Below, one piece after another: positions 50,131-63,449 of a DNA stretch of 64,000 nt (its first letter is position 1; every line of letters starts with the position of its first letter). Origin of the DNA: Negaprion brevirostris (taxonomy: Eukaryota); NCBI GenBank assembly GCA_030324005.1, contig JARDVH010000163.1:107246678-107310677 (forward strand), given 5' to 3'. A program made the position numbers and the translations under genes. The notes under the pieces are model-generated. The model was not told where the DNA came from and made no database searches. It saw only the letters and a program-made list of their open reading frames with translations.

Positions 50131-50382
50131 TGCCCTAGTCTTGAGAGTTTTCCCTTCACTTACAAAACATAAAGGGTAAACAAAGGTGAGTAATTTTCAC
50201 AGTAACTTCATTGTCGTGCAAATGTAAGCCTACTTGTGACTACGGAATCAAGTGTAAAGTTTATTAATCTGGATTATACTGTCAATCCATTTTGCATATT
50301 GTCAAGAAGTTGTACTCTATCTGCAGTATATGGGGGAAAAAATATGAGTAGGTATAACAAAACCAAATGTTAATTTGCAGTT

Positions 50383-50732
50383 TTTTTATTCAGTCATGGG
50401 ACAAGAGTATCGCTGATTGGCATTTATTGCCCATTCCTAGTTGCCCTTGGAGGGCAGTTGAGAGTCAACTACTGCTGTGGCTCTGGAGTCACATGTAGGC
50501 CAGACCAGGTAAGAATGGCAGATTTCCTTCCCTAAAGGACATTAATAAATCAGATGAGTTTTTCCAACAATCAACAATGGTTTCATGGTCATCAGTAGGT
50601 TCTTAATTCTGGATATTTTTCATTGAATTCAAATTTCACTGCCATGATGGGTTTAGAACCTGGGTCCTCAGAACATTAGTTGAGTTTCTGGATTAATAGT
50701 CAAGCGATAATATTACTAGGCCATCACCCTCC
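50383..50732 (-). mobile_element. tRNA-derived SINE with CR1-type tail (same family as 36783-37167)
   Basis: The reverse complement starts GGGAGGGTGATGGCCTAGTAATATTATCGC and ends GGGCAACTAGGAATGGGCAATAAATGCC...GACTGAATAAAAAA. Confidence 0.85.
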
Positions 50733-51159
50733 CGATTACATTTATTAAATTAGTTTTTAAAATCCCATTTAAAAATAGTGCAAGTGCTGTAGACTGCTTC
50801 ATTTAATGTTTATTTATTCAAAAAAAATCTACATTTCATAAAAGATCTGTTCAGGTGGTAGAATTTCCACATGGCAGATAGAGGATGATTTAAATGTGTC
50901 ACTTATAGATTAAAAATCATGTCCTTTTTGTAAATAAGAGTTGCTAACTAACCAGAAAATGTCTTTATTCACTGGTTGCTACAAAATAATGTTGTGCTGG
51001 ATTTTTAAGTTGTTATTTTGCTGAAAATTTAAATAATCTGTGAATAAACCAAAGATAATGTACTGCTGTAGGGGATATGAAGGAGACAGTTCTCACACAG
51101 CTAAGTGTAAAGTCATGAGATTCGGTGAAGAAAGCAGAGATGTACGTTACATCTTACAT

Positions 51160-51360
51160 GTGAGTGAATGGAATCGGCTGCTGTCAGTGGTGGTGGAGGC
51201 GAACTCGCTGGGGTCTTTTAAAAGACTTCTGGACGAGTATATGGGGTTTTATGGGATTGGGGGTTATAGATAGGTCTGTAGGTTGGTAGGTGTTGATGTG
51301 ATCGGCGCAACTCGTGGGCCGAAGGGCCTGTTTGTGCTGTAGTGTTCTATGTTCTATGTA
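51160..51360 (+). mobile_element. CR1 LINE extreme 3' end
   Basis: Translates WNRLLSVVVEANSLGSFKRLLDEYM, followed by gtgggccgaagggcctgtt...ttctatgttctatg. Confidence 0.85.
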
Positions 51361-51464
51361 ATGTGCTTGAAGAAGCCAATAGGTAAGGATTTGGGGATTT
51401 TGATAGGCAGATCATTCTCACTATTGTTTCAATATTTGAAGAAAGCATGTCAACATAGACACAA

Positions 51465-52980
51465 ACATACGAATTAGGAACAGGAGTAGGCCATTCGGCC
51501 TCTATAGCCTGCTCTGCCAATTGTTAAGATCATAGCTAATGTGAATGGGGCCTCAACTCTACTTTGTCTATTCCTTAAACCTTTTGAGTAGCCTGTCAGT
51601 CAAGAATTTATCTAACTCTGCTTTAAAAATATTCAATAACCTTGCCTCCACTGCTCTTCAGGGAAGCGAATTCTGCAAATTAATGGGCCTCTGAAATAAT
51701 TTCTGCTCATCTCCATCTTAAATGGGAGACCCCTTATTTTTTAAACCATGCCCTCTAATTCTAATCTCTCCCATCAGGAGAGACCTTCTCTCAGTATCCA
51801 CCATGTCAAGTCCCCTGAGGAATTTGTGTTTCACTAAGATAATCTTTCATCCTAAACACCAATGGATAACAGGCCCAAACCTGTCCAAACTTTCCTCACA
51901 AGGTAATTTCTTCATCCCAGGAATCAGTCAAATATGCCTTCATTGAACCACTTCTAATCTTGAGACCAAAATTGTACATAGTACTCCAGATGTTGTCTAA
52001 CCAAGGCACCGTATGACTAATAACAAAACTTCCCTACTTTCATATTCCATTCTGCTTGCAATAAATGCCAACTTTCCATTTGACTTCTCGATCATTTTCT
52101 GTTCCTGTAAACTAACTTTTTGTGGTTCATGTACCAGGACAGCCAAATCCTTACCAATCACAACATCTCTCCATTTGAATAAGATGCTGCTTTTCTATTC
52201 TTTCTGCTGAAGTGGACAAGTTCACATTTTTCCACATTACATTTCAATCTTTTGCCCATTCGCTTAACCTAACAATACTCCTTTGCAGGCTCCTTCTATC
52301 CTCTTTGCAACTTCCTCTCCTACTTGTTTATCTTTCTGTCATCAGCAAACTTAGCATTTATAGATTCAGTTCCTATATCCAAGTTACTAATTTAGCTTGT
52401 GGATAGTTGAGGTGTTCGCACTGATTCCGATGCACTGCACTAGTGACAGCTTGCCAATCCAAAAATCACACGTTCATTCCTCGTCTCCATTCCTGTTAGC
52501 TAACCAATCTTCTGTCTATGCTAATATGTTACCCCTACACCATGATCTTTTACTTTGAGCAGTAACCTTTAATATGGCACCTTATTGAATGCCTTTGGAA
52601 ATTCAAGTACACCATGTCTACAGGTTATCCTTTATCCATATTACATGTTACTTCCTCAAGGCAGTTAATAATTTGATCAAAGCAAATTTTTGTTTCCAAA
52701 AATAATGTTGACTCTGTCTGTTTGCATCAAGATTTTCTAAGTGCCCTGTCATAATCTCCTTAATAAATTCTGGCAGTTTTCTTTTGACAGCTGTTAGGCT
52801 AACTGGCCTGTAGAGCCCTGTTTTCATTGCCCTTTGAATTGCATTCACTATTTTTCAAACTGGTGCGATCTTCCTGGAATCTTGGGCATTTTGGAAAATT
52901 ACAATCAATGCATCTATTATCTCAAAAGCCACTTCTTTTAACATCCTTGGATACAGGCCATCAGGTTGTAGCCACTTGCC
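51465..52980 (-). mobile_element. Decayed CR1/HER1-type LINE (RT to 3' end)
   Basis: Tail gaattaggaacaggagtaggccattcggcc. The minus ORF 52648-52848 contains YRPVSLTAVKRKLPE...NRQSQHYF (cf. YRPVSLTSV..KLLE...SQHGF). Confidence 0.8.
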
Positions 52981-53619
52981 AAAGCAAATCAAATTTTGAG
53001 ATGTATAACCAAGGGTGTCTCTTACAAATTTAAGGATGTGCTGTTGAAGTTACATATGTGTTTGGTGACGTTCCATTTGGAGTGCCAGGATATAGTTAGT
53101 GGACAATCCAATTCTTGCTCAGGAGGAGGCTACATCATGGAGAAAAATTGTTTACTTGAGGGCATCACTTAGTGGTGAAGAAGAGGATGAGTGGGAATTT
53201 GGTAGAGGCCTTGTAACATATTTTCTGTTGGACATTTTTAGGTGCAGGTGAGGTCTGGGTTGAAGGGCCTTTAAACCTCTATGACACAGGATTTTGAGAT
53301 ATCAGGATCCACTCTAAAATTGAGTTGGCAGATGAAATAGGAAATTTGGCCAAGTTCTTTTTAGCAGCAAGAAATATTGGTTGAAGGTATTGAATGAACC
53401 ATGGCAGGTTTAAGTTAGCACGGGATAACTGCTTATGATATTGGTTGCATTAAAGTAAAATATACTTCTTTAAAGCGCTAAAATAGAATTTACGTAACAT
53501 ATAGCTTCAAATTATAAAATAGATTGATTGAGTTTGTTGTTTCCTTAAGTTCTGATTGAATCATGTGATTTTGGTGGCTTTAAGATGACAGGGGAGAGAC
53601 ACGAAAGAGTCCAGACTTC

Positions 53620-53849
53620 CACTTTTTTCATACACAGGGTGGGCTGTGTCTGGAATAAGCTGCTAGAGGTACTAGGAGAGGCGGTACAATTTTGTCTTTT
53701 AAAAAGAGTTTAAACAGTTACATGAGTAAGATGGCTTTTAAGGGATAAGGGCCAAACGCGAGCAACTGGGACTATCTTAGTCCTTTTGAAAAAGAAAGGG
53801 CAGCATGGACAAGCTGGACCGAAGGGCCTTTAAACCTCTATGACTCTAT
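53620..53849 (+). mobile_element. CR1 LINE extreme 3' end
   Basis: ttttcatacacagggtg...tggaataagctgctagagg...ttttaaaaagagtttaaacagttacatg, with tail ggaccgaagggcct...ctatgactctat. Confidence 0.8.
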
Positions 53850-53976
53850 GGCCCTGATTTTTACCGGCATGGCCACCCGAGGCTTGTAAGATCGTGCTTG
53901 AGGCAAATGGGGAATGCCGTTCTGTGAGCCTCGCCCACCCCAAATTTGGGGTGGCTGTGCAGGTAAAATCAGGGCC
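53850..53976. mobile_element. 127-bp MITE with Harbinger-like TIRs
   Basis: TIRs ggccctgatttttacc and ggtaaaatcagggcc, with internal symmetry gccaccc/ggggtggc. Related short elements occur at ~21870-21982, ~57025-57206 and ~63265-63385. Confidence 0.75.
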
Positions 53977-56254
53977 TGTGACTTTGGTAACCTGAATTGT
54001 CCAGAATGAAGTTTGTTCTATCGCATTTTGAGCTTGTGCAATATGTCTTGAGTTGTAATGTCTGTGGCTTTGGCTGCTAATAGGTATTGGGTATGAATAG
54101 TTTAAAAACAATTCATCTTGACTGTGTATGAAATGAATTACAATGCATTCCTAAGACTTAAGTCTCAGTGCTTGTTTTAGGGCCAGTTTCTTGTACGCAG
54201 GTAACCTTTTCAGCTGTGTACAGCATTCTGTGTGGTCTTTAAGAAGGGGAAATGAGTTACATACAAGTCTATGGGGCTTCATGCAGTATTGAGTGCTGGA
54301 GCTGTAATAGGCTTCACATTCACCAGCAGGAAAGCAAGCTTAGATTAGAACCGCATGCCAGCAGCAGAGCCACCTATAGCGTGCCATATTTCTCATACTG
54401 ACATCCAACAGTCTAATGCATTTAATCCAGGAGAAATGACTCTACCATTTATAAGGACAAGAAATTCAACCTCTGAAAAATTGCAAATATTAAACGGTGC
54501 AAGTGAAAAATGAATGCTTTCCAAGTCTTTGGAATGTGACCTTCCATGGAGAAAAGCTTGAAAGAAAGCACTTGCAAGGAAGTGTGACTTTACTTTGAAA
54601 TCAATGATCTAAAAAAAGGTACATTTTTAGCACTCTCACTTATCTGCTGGATTGAAAAGCAACTAATAATTTTTATTTCACCTTAACGATATGATTTGTT
54701 CATTCTGCTGAAATTTAATTTGTGGGAAGTTGCTGGCGCTGTTTTCTGTAACACCTGTGTGCCTCAGAACATTTTACATGTAGTGGTGCATTACAACTTA
54801 TTGTTGGTGATGATGACATTCATACTTTCAGCAACAGGGGTATTTTTGCTAAACCTGCAAAGGTATATTAACAGATTGACTCCCAAAAAAGGTTTCACAT
54901 GTAGTGTAAGCTTTCCCTACTCTACACCATATGATTCCACTTACGTTTTAATTGCATGTCTGTATGAATCTAGAATTAGGTTATGACGGGACTATTTCAA
55001 TATGTTTACGATAGGATTCTTGACAGTCTTTTCCTCTTTCATGTAATTTGGCTCAGTTCCGTGTTCAGAATGGCATGAAATAATCCTGTTTTGTTACATT
55101 AAGAAGTCTGTAAGATCACTGAGCCGGAGAGGGTTAGACCTAAATAGTTGTATAGAGTCCTGGTGGGACTTTGGATGGCAAGGGAGAAAGTCAAATTATC
55201 CAGCTAAAATTACAAAGATATAGTTCTGCAGAATTTGGATTTTTTCTTTTGAAAGGAGCTAAAGCATTTACTTTGTGTTTTTCGAAGAATTTATATCTGT
55301 AAATACATCTTCAACTGAAGAAATCAAAAATAGTTGTCATCCAAATTGAGCTCAGAATTTCATATTTGATATTGAAATCAATGCTTTCACATAATTTGCA
55401 CCGACAATTTAGAATTATACTCCCTTATCAAAATTGCTTTTTCACAGATTATAATATTTATGGTTATTTATGGCATGGATAATTACCAGGCATAATAGGT
55501 AACAGCAAGTGATTGAGAAGCTGTCATCTTGATTGAAACGATGGATGATATCAAGGGCCAGAATTTCTGTTCATAACCATTATCTGAATAAGAAAGTTAG
55601 ATTGCAATTTCAATATTACTGTCTTAAGAACATAAGAAATAGGAGCAGGAGTAGGCCATCCAGCCCTTCGAGCCTGCCCCGCCATTCAATAAGATCATGN
55701 NNNNNNNNNNNNNNNGATGGCATACCTATATGGATTCTATAACTTCATTCAAAGCATCTGATAAAGTTCTGCAGCCCATGAATGAACTATTGTTCTGTCC
55801 AGCACTCACCGTTTCTCATCACCAGTACCAGCTTTTCACGCTGCAATATTCACCTCTTATTCTTTTCTCAACTTCCTATTCAGTGCTGTATCATAGAGCT
55901 GGTTCACCTATGGAAGTAGTTGGAAGAGAAGGCCAGGTACATGTTCTACTGTGACCAACAAACCAAACACTTGCACAGTTGGCAGTGCTGTTAAATCTGT
56001 CAGGTGGGCATAAAAAATGGTATTATTTGAAAAAGAGCAGGAAATTGTCCCTTTGTTACAATTGACTTTTAACACTCAAACCAACATTGCAGGTATAGAT
56101 TATCCTACAGTGAGTGGTAAGTCATTCAACTCTGAGCCCTTTCTACAATTCATTCAGATCACAGTTGATCTGTACCTCAACTCAACTTAACCTGTCTTTG
56201 TTCCATATCCTTTGACACCCTTACCTAACAATTCTATCAATCTCAGTCTAATTT

Positions 56255-57790
56255 TATCTTATTCTTCCATCGAACATGGGTATTGTTGGCAGGACTAGAT
56301 TTGTTGTCCATCCTAATTGCCTTTGAGAAGCTGCAGGTGGGCTGCCTTCTCGAATAGCTGCAATCTGTCTGGCAGTGCTGGGTGCTCCCACACTGCTGTT
56401 TGGAAATTTGTTCTAGGATTTTGTTCCAGTGACAATGAAGGAAAGGCAATATAGTTCCAAGTCAAGGTTGTGTGTGGCTTGGATAGGAATTGCAGCTGAT
56501 GGTGTTCACATGCTTCTCCTGCCTTTGCCTTTTTAGGTGTTAGAGGTTGCAGCTTTGGAAAATGATGTTGAGAGCACCTTGATAAGGTGCTGCAGTGCTT
56601 CTTGTACATAGTACGTAATGCATACTGCTGTCACTGTGTGTCGGTGGTGGAAGGAGCCAATGTTAAAGTTGATGGATGGGGTGCCACTCAAGCAGGCTGC
56701 TTTGTCTTGGATGGTGTCAAGCTTCTTGGATGTTGTTAGAACTACACTCACCCAAGCAAATGGAGATACTCCATCACACTGCTGACTTTTACCTTGTAGA
56801 CGGTGGGCAGCCTTTGGGGAGGTCAAGAGGTGAGTTAGTTTCCCCAGAATTTCCAGCTCCTCAACTGCTCTTGTAGCCACAGTATTTTTATGGCTGGTCC
56901 AGTTCAGTGTATGGTCAATGATAATTGGAGAATCAGCAATGGTGATGCCACTCAGTGCCGAAGGGAGATGGTTAGATTCATGAGGGTTATTCACAACTGA
57001 GGCCAGACCTATCCAGCTGTTTATGCCAGCTGGATTTTCTGGTCCCACCGATGGCACACTCACACCATGGGTTTTCCAGTGGTGTGGGTGGATTCAATGG
57101 GAAATCCTATTGACAGCAGTGAGACCAGAAGATCCTGCTGCCACCCAATGGCGTGCTGTATCCCACAATGTGAAATACATCATGGGGAGGCCAGAGAATA
57201 CTGCCCTGAATGTTATCCAGGTCCTGCTGCAAATTGACACAGAATGCTTCAATAACACAGTAGCACGGAACATTGTAGATCATCAGAAGATATCTCCACT
57301 TCAGACTTTGATCAACGGGGAGTCATTGATGAAGCAGCTGAAGATGCTTATGCCTAAAAACATTACCCTGAATAATTCCTGCGGTCATGTACTGGGACTA
57401 GATAATTGACTTCCAACAAGCACAGCTAACTTCCTTAATTGGAGATGCCGGTGTTGGACTGGGGTGGGCACAGTAAGATGTCTCACAACATCAGTTTAAA
57501 GTCCAACAGGTGCACTTGGAATCATGAGCTTTCAGTTTCCTTTGGTCGGATCTGCATTCCTAGTTGTCCAGTTGTCATTCTGTTTAATACGGTGGTGGCC
57601 CCTCCTTTGCTGGTCTGATGACAATGTTGCGATTGGTCTTGAGAATATGCATGGTGTTGCATTGTGTTTGAGTGATGTTTGGGGCTGTTTTGTGAGCATC
57701 TTCCTTAGTGCTGGATGTGAATACAACCAGTGGAGAGTTTTCCCCCTGATTCCCCGTGGCACTCTAGGTCAAACGCTGTCTTGATGGATC
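56255..57790 (-). mobile_element. Decayed CR1-clade LINE 3' region with nested MITE and Penelope fragment
   Basis: The minus ORF 56533-57063 has IIIDHTLNWTSHKNTVATRA...LTHLLTSP...KKLDTIQDKAACL, and 57532-57762 has GIRGKTLHWLYS. It ends in the GGCAATTAGGATGGACAACAAAT tail. Confidence 0.75.
57440..57535 (-). mobile_element. Terminal fragment of the same Penelope family as 38967-39756
   Basis: gatgccggtgttggactggggtgggcacagtaagatgtctcacaacatcagtttaaagtccaacagg is the reverse complement of ~39685-39750. Confidence 0.8.
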
Positions 57791-60700
57791 AGTCACTTGC
57801 ACCTCCCTTGAATTACAATTGATCCAGCAGCCACAGTCTTTTGGGAGTGAGAATTTTGCATTTGCACTTCCCTTTGGGACAAAAATCAGGAAGCATTTTT
57901 CACAAAGCAGCCTAATGTTTATGCCCTCTGGTTCTGGATTTCCTCACTGAAGGAAATAGTTTCTGTATATCCACCTTATCGAGTCCATTAATCACTTTAA
58001 ATATTTCGATATGGGGATCCCTCAATTTTCTAAACTCCAAGAAGTTCAAGCCAGGTTTATGCAATCTGTCACCATGTTTAACCCTTTAAACCCTTATATC
58101 ATTCTGGTGAATCTTTGCTGTACACCTTCTAAAGCCAATATAAATTTCCTGAGGCTCAGTGCCCAGGACTGAAAGCAATACTCCAGGTGGGATCTAACCA
58201 TCTCTGTGCAACAATCACTTCTGAATTCCAAACCTCTTGCCAACATTCCATTTCTGGTGACTCATCTTATTGCTGTGTGCAAATTGGCCATTGTGCTTTC
58301 CTACCTTACAATAGTGATTACATTTCAAAACTACTTCATTGGCTGTGCAGCGTTTTAAGATACTCTGAGCTTGTGAATGGTCTGTGAAAATCTGGTCTAT
58401 TTCTGGTCTTTTAAATTTGTTCTTGTGCCCATCTACAAACCCCACCTCCCCCCTCCCCCCAACCTCTTGGTTGATGTAAACATTTTAATTGAAGTTTGGA
58501 TGATATCTGCAGTATGGTTTTCTGTAAAAGGTGCATTAAAGCAACTGTGTCTTTACGTATGATTTTCTATCAATGCAAATTCTGGCAATAAGCATTATTT
58601 AATAGAGATGCCCTAGAGGTCTAGTAGCAACTAAGTACAGCTTTTTAGGTATCTTTGCAATGTAAATTCTGATTTTTTACTTTGCATCGTATCAGATCAG
58701 TTTCCCTTCTATGAACAAATCTCCATAGATCGTGAAACAAAAACACTGTTGCTTTTGTTTCTTTTCTCCATTATATTTGCATTTTGTGTGTAGGATATTT
58801 CCATGGTCTCTCATCCTCAGTACAACAATGCTTGGCAAGATGTTGCACTGTGTTTGGACAAATGTGTACCAGAAATAAGCTGTTAGTTAAAACATATATT
58901 TTCACCATAACATGTACTATAAAAAAATATTTTTTATTTCACTTTTTACTTTGGAAAATAAGAGTGGAATATTCTTTCTCTTGATCTTTATTTAGTTCAA
59001 GTGTGGAAAACGCGTCTAGACAATTTGTATTTTACAGGCATGCTTGCAGTTGGCAAGCTACTCTGTCTCATGGGAAAGACCAAGTCCTAACAGCTAAATA
59101 GCTGTTTGAAAGTTTAAAAAAAAAAATTTTTTTTATCTGTGGCCAGCAGGCATCGCATTCTAACAAAGCTATTTCTTACTTCCATGCTGAATGAGTACAA
59201 CTTGAAGTTGGACGTTCATAGGTCTTTGGAATATTAAGTCAGGACGTTTGGACACACACCTGGGGAGATGTATCAATTGCCCTCTCCCCAGATTGATTCA
59301 AATAGAATTTGTTAATGTGACTGTGTTTGTGACTGCTGTGCAGTCTTTATCAAAAGCTTGGTTACTTACTCATTTGAACATTTCACTGAGTAAAGTGACT
59401 GGGAACCTGACGGAAGACTGCTGTAAATTTCAAGATCCTTGATGACCACAAGAACGTTTATCCTGATTTTTTTTTGCATTTTTGAACCAACATGTGGAGC
59501 TTGTGGTTATTCCTATGCCTTAGTGACAGTATTNNNNNNNNNNNNNNNNNNNNNNNNNGGAAGTTGGATGTATTCATTTTAACTATGCGCTACCATCATC
59601 CAGTTCAAACCAGAGGCTTACAGTCATCTCATGGCTAGCTGCTAGGACTGGGCCATTATCAAGTATACTCTGTAATTTAAAACAGGAGAAATAGTGTGTA
59701 GGAAGTTGTGGACACAGGTTTTAATTATTATTTGATTTTGTCTTTGCACAGCCATCAAGTGTTCTTTAGAGTAAGTGATTTCCGAGGAATGTTCTGAATT
59801 CTGACTGTACAAAAGAAATAAATTGGTATAATCAAGAGGTGGTCTTACACCTTGAAATGTGTCTCTGACAATCCCATTTGTTCTATAAGATAAACTTTGA
59901 ACCACTTGAGCACAAAAACAACTTTTGTTCTGGCATGGCTAGGTATAGTTCTGTTTTATAATGCTCCCATGAAGCACCTTGGGACATTTTATTATTTTAA
60001 AAGTACTACATAAATATAATCTGTTACATTACAGGACAATTTAACGCTTGACTTTAACCAACCATTGTTAGAATCTTTAATTTGCTAAATGCTGCATGCC
60101 TTTCAGAACTGGTTTTAGAACTGCATTCTACTACCCCTGAACAATGTGCTCCCTAACTACTGTTTGCTGTACACAGCTGGCATTTTGTAGTGTGCAAATT
60201 CTTAAGATTGATACATGGCTGGGCCTATATTTTAAAAGGAATGGTGCTTGTATACATTTGGCTTTCTCAGTCGCTGCACAGCTTAGAGGAACATTGATCG
60301 TGAGTCAGGTTTGAAAACCTGCAAGGAGTCATCCCAACTCAAAGTTTCACTATATTTTAAGCAACTTGACTAATGTCTCTGTGTTCTTACTCTCTCCTGC
60401 AAATGAACTGGTAGGTGTGTGACTGTGTATGTGTCCAATAATACTGAAATGTACTCAAACAGACCTGTACTTTTATTGCAAAGCAAACAGAACCAGCCAT
60501 AAAAATATATTGCCATAGTGTTGCCTCCAAAATGTTACATTTGGAGAAGTGAAGAACATTTTGCTGCAATTTGGAAAACTAGGAAGAATGGACCTGAAAT
60601 CCAGTGTTCAAAAATAGATATTCTTACTTTACATTTTCATGTACAGTACATGAAACTGTTGTGGTGCTAAATACTACTTCAGCATTTGAAAATGATCCAT

Positions 60701-61254
60701 GTAATCTTAGGAAAGTATTCCACCTATTCTGTTAATATAAAGAACTGCAATTAGTAAATTTTATGTGAATCAAATCAAATGCCAAGCCTCCCTATGGAAA
60801 TTGCAAATGTGGAGAATATAAATATATATTAAACTATTATATAGACAAAATATTATACACCTTGGCTTGTTTTGTTTCAAGCTGATTTCTGTAAGTGGGT
60901 GTCTGTGGCACATCAGTTCTACATGCACAATCTAAACTTTTAAATTGAATGTCTTGCAGTATTAAAAGCAAGGAAAGGACTTGCATTTCTAAAATGCCAT
61001 TCACTAACTTAGTATATTCCAAAGGGTTTTGCAGTCAATCCCAAAAAGTTTTACAGGGTTAGGGTTGGTGTTAGGAAGTACTTTTGAAGTGCTGTCACTA
61101 CTATACTATAGGACGATGTGGCAGCCAGTTTGTGAACAGCAAGATGCCACAAACAGCAAAGAGCTACACGATCATCTGTTTTAGTTGTTGGTTGAGGGAC
61201 AAATATTGGTCAGGACACTTGAAGAACTCTTTTGCACTTCTTCAAATGTTGTTG

Positions 61255-61500
61255 TAGGGGATCAGGGTGAGATAAATCAAAGTGACAAAGGCAACTCTTG
61301 GGAGTCAGAAAGGGGTACTGTCGGGTGAGTGAGAGGATGAAGGGGTGTAGAGGTCAAAGAGAACAACTCTCGAGCTGTAGGGGTCAGAGAGGGGAACTCT
61401 CGAAGGGGTGTGGGGGTCAGAGAGGGCAAGTTAAGGCACCTGGGTGCATCAGAGACAGAAACTCTCAAGACACCTGGGAACAAAGAGAGTAACTCCTGGA
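61255..61500. repeat. Degenerate purine-rich minisatellite (~30-bp unit)
   Basis: Recurring ggggtcagagag(g)...aactctc(g/a)ag..tgt units, about 6-7 copies. Confidence 0.6.
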
Positions 61501-62664
61501 GGAACGCTCAAAAATTTTTCTAAAATCCTGTCTGCCCCTGCTGGTGAGTAAAATCAATTTTCAGAGGATCACTACGAACAGAGGCTCTCTTCCAATGAAA
61601 ATCTAACTATTATAAAGTACATTTAGCAGTGCTTGCAAACCAAAGGCAAATACCAAATGACTAAATCTCCCGGTATGCATCCAATGAAAGCTGGCAAATT
61701 TAACTGTCAGGAACGTTGAAAGAGAAAGATGACTATACACTTTGAACACCAAGGTTCCTTTACCCAGTAAACTTTTAGGTAATTAAAACAGTTCAGGGAT
61801 TGGGCCCTTTGTCCATTGACCTCACAGAAAATCTGACTGAACTTTACTTTGGTTCATGTTTTAACGTTTGGTGAGTGTGTTGATCCCGTGAAATTGTGGA
61901 CTTACTGGCTGACAGTTGTAACATTTTATTGTAACTTTCAGAAAACAAATTTTTGATCCATTCTATACAAGCCAGCCGGAGTGAAAGGAAAGGTCCAATA
62001 ATTTCAATCGGAACATCTCTCTTCTAACCAGCACCATGCAAGTTGGTACTGGTTGAAATAGAATTACCGTTATTCAATTATTTATTAATTGAGAGTGTAT
62101 ATTTGTATCAAATTAGATGACGTATTATAGTCAACGAAGTATAACATTATACACCTTTTAACAATATGTGAACACATCAAACCCATTCAGGGCCTGTCAG
62201 CATTGAGAATTGTGACACTATGTGAATTATAACAATTGATGACTTAATGTTATACATACTTGTTTATATTATCTGACAATTAGTATGCTTCTCGAAGTTT
62301 TTTTTCTGGGACTCATTGCTACATATTTTTCTAGGGTTTTTGAAAAAACTGCGCAACATTCTGTTTGTGTCCTTGATTCCATCTTGTAACGTTGACAAAA
62401 CAGAATCAAAACCTTAATAAGATAGCTGTGAAATGGTTTTTATTTTTTCCTTTTTCCAAACTTTTCTTGAGGGCTAATGATCAAAAATTCGCAAAATGTG
62501 TATGCATGCTATTACATTAATATTTTGATCTTAATATTAGGCATACATGGGTAGTGCCGTGCAATTAATGCGCATTGATATATTACTAAATATCAAGAGC
62601 TCCTAGAAGTGGTGTGTGAATATTGCATAGAATTAGTCTCTGCAAAATTTGGGAGCTGGACATA

Positions 62665-62975
62665 TCATAGAAATAGAATCATAGAATCTATTGTGCAGAA
62701 GGCCCATTGAGCCCGATTGTTGTGGGATACATAGTCCTGTCCTATCCCCATAACACCACATGTTTTATCTTCCTAATCCCCGACAAGGGACAATTTATCC
62801 TGGCCAATCAACCTAACCCACACGTTTTTGGACAATGGGAGGAAACCGGAACACCCGGAGGAAACCTATGCAGACACGGGGAGAATGCCTGTGAAGAGTT
62901 TGCACAGTCACCCGAGGCTGGAATTGAACCCGGGTCCCTGGTGTTGTGAGGCAGCAGTACTAACCACTGTGCCAT
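62665..62975 (-). mobile_element. HE1-like V-SINE
   Basis: Minus-strand GGCACAGTGGTTAGTACTGCTGCCTCAC...CCGGGTTCAATTCC head and V-domain, with a (ttctatga)n-type tail. Confidence 0.88.
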
Positions 62976-63159
62976 CCACATGTTCAACTTAAAGTTCAGC
63001 GAAAAGCAGAAGTGTCAAAAAACAAAATAAAGCTTTTGAATAAATTTTAAACATATTATTCATGTTTAGATCCAGTTCCCTCAAATACTTAGACTGATAT
63101 ACAAGAGATTATAAGGGCCATCAACGTGGTCTGTGATCTATTAAAATCGTGCTATAAAT

Positions 63160-63262
63160 AAAAGGAAATTACTACAGATGCTGGAAGTCTGAAATGAGAA
63201 AAGAAGGTTCTGGAAAAACCCAGCAGGTCTGTCAGCACCTTTGGAGAGAGAAACAAAGGTAA
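63160..63262 (-). mobile_element. Left arm of the palindromic Penelope-derived element, abutted by a MITE
   Basis: aaattactacagatgctggaagtctgaaa...ctggaaaaacccagcaggtctgtcagcacctttggagagag. Confidence 0.7.
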
Positions 63263-63449
63263 TAGGTGGGATTCTCCAATCCCGTACATCCTGCCACCGG
63301 GAACGGAGAATTTGGTGCTCAGCCAAAACTCCATTCACTGCAGTGGAACTGGAGAATCCCAGCTATGGTTGAGGTTGGAGGTTTCCGATCGTATATTTTC
63401 AGTCAGATATGATTCTTCATTTCCAATGAAAAGTCATATTTGCCTCAAA

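Noticed and set aside
61255-61500. ~30-bp spaced repeats considered as a CRISPR-like array
   Set aside because: The units are degenerate and adjacent, with no unique spacers, in a vertebrate intron with no cas genes.
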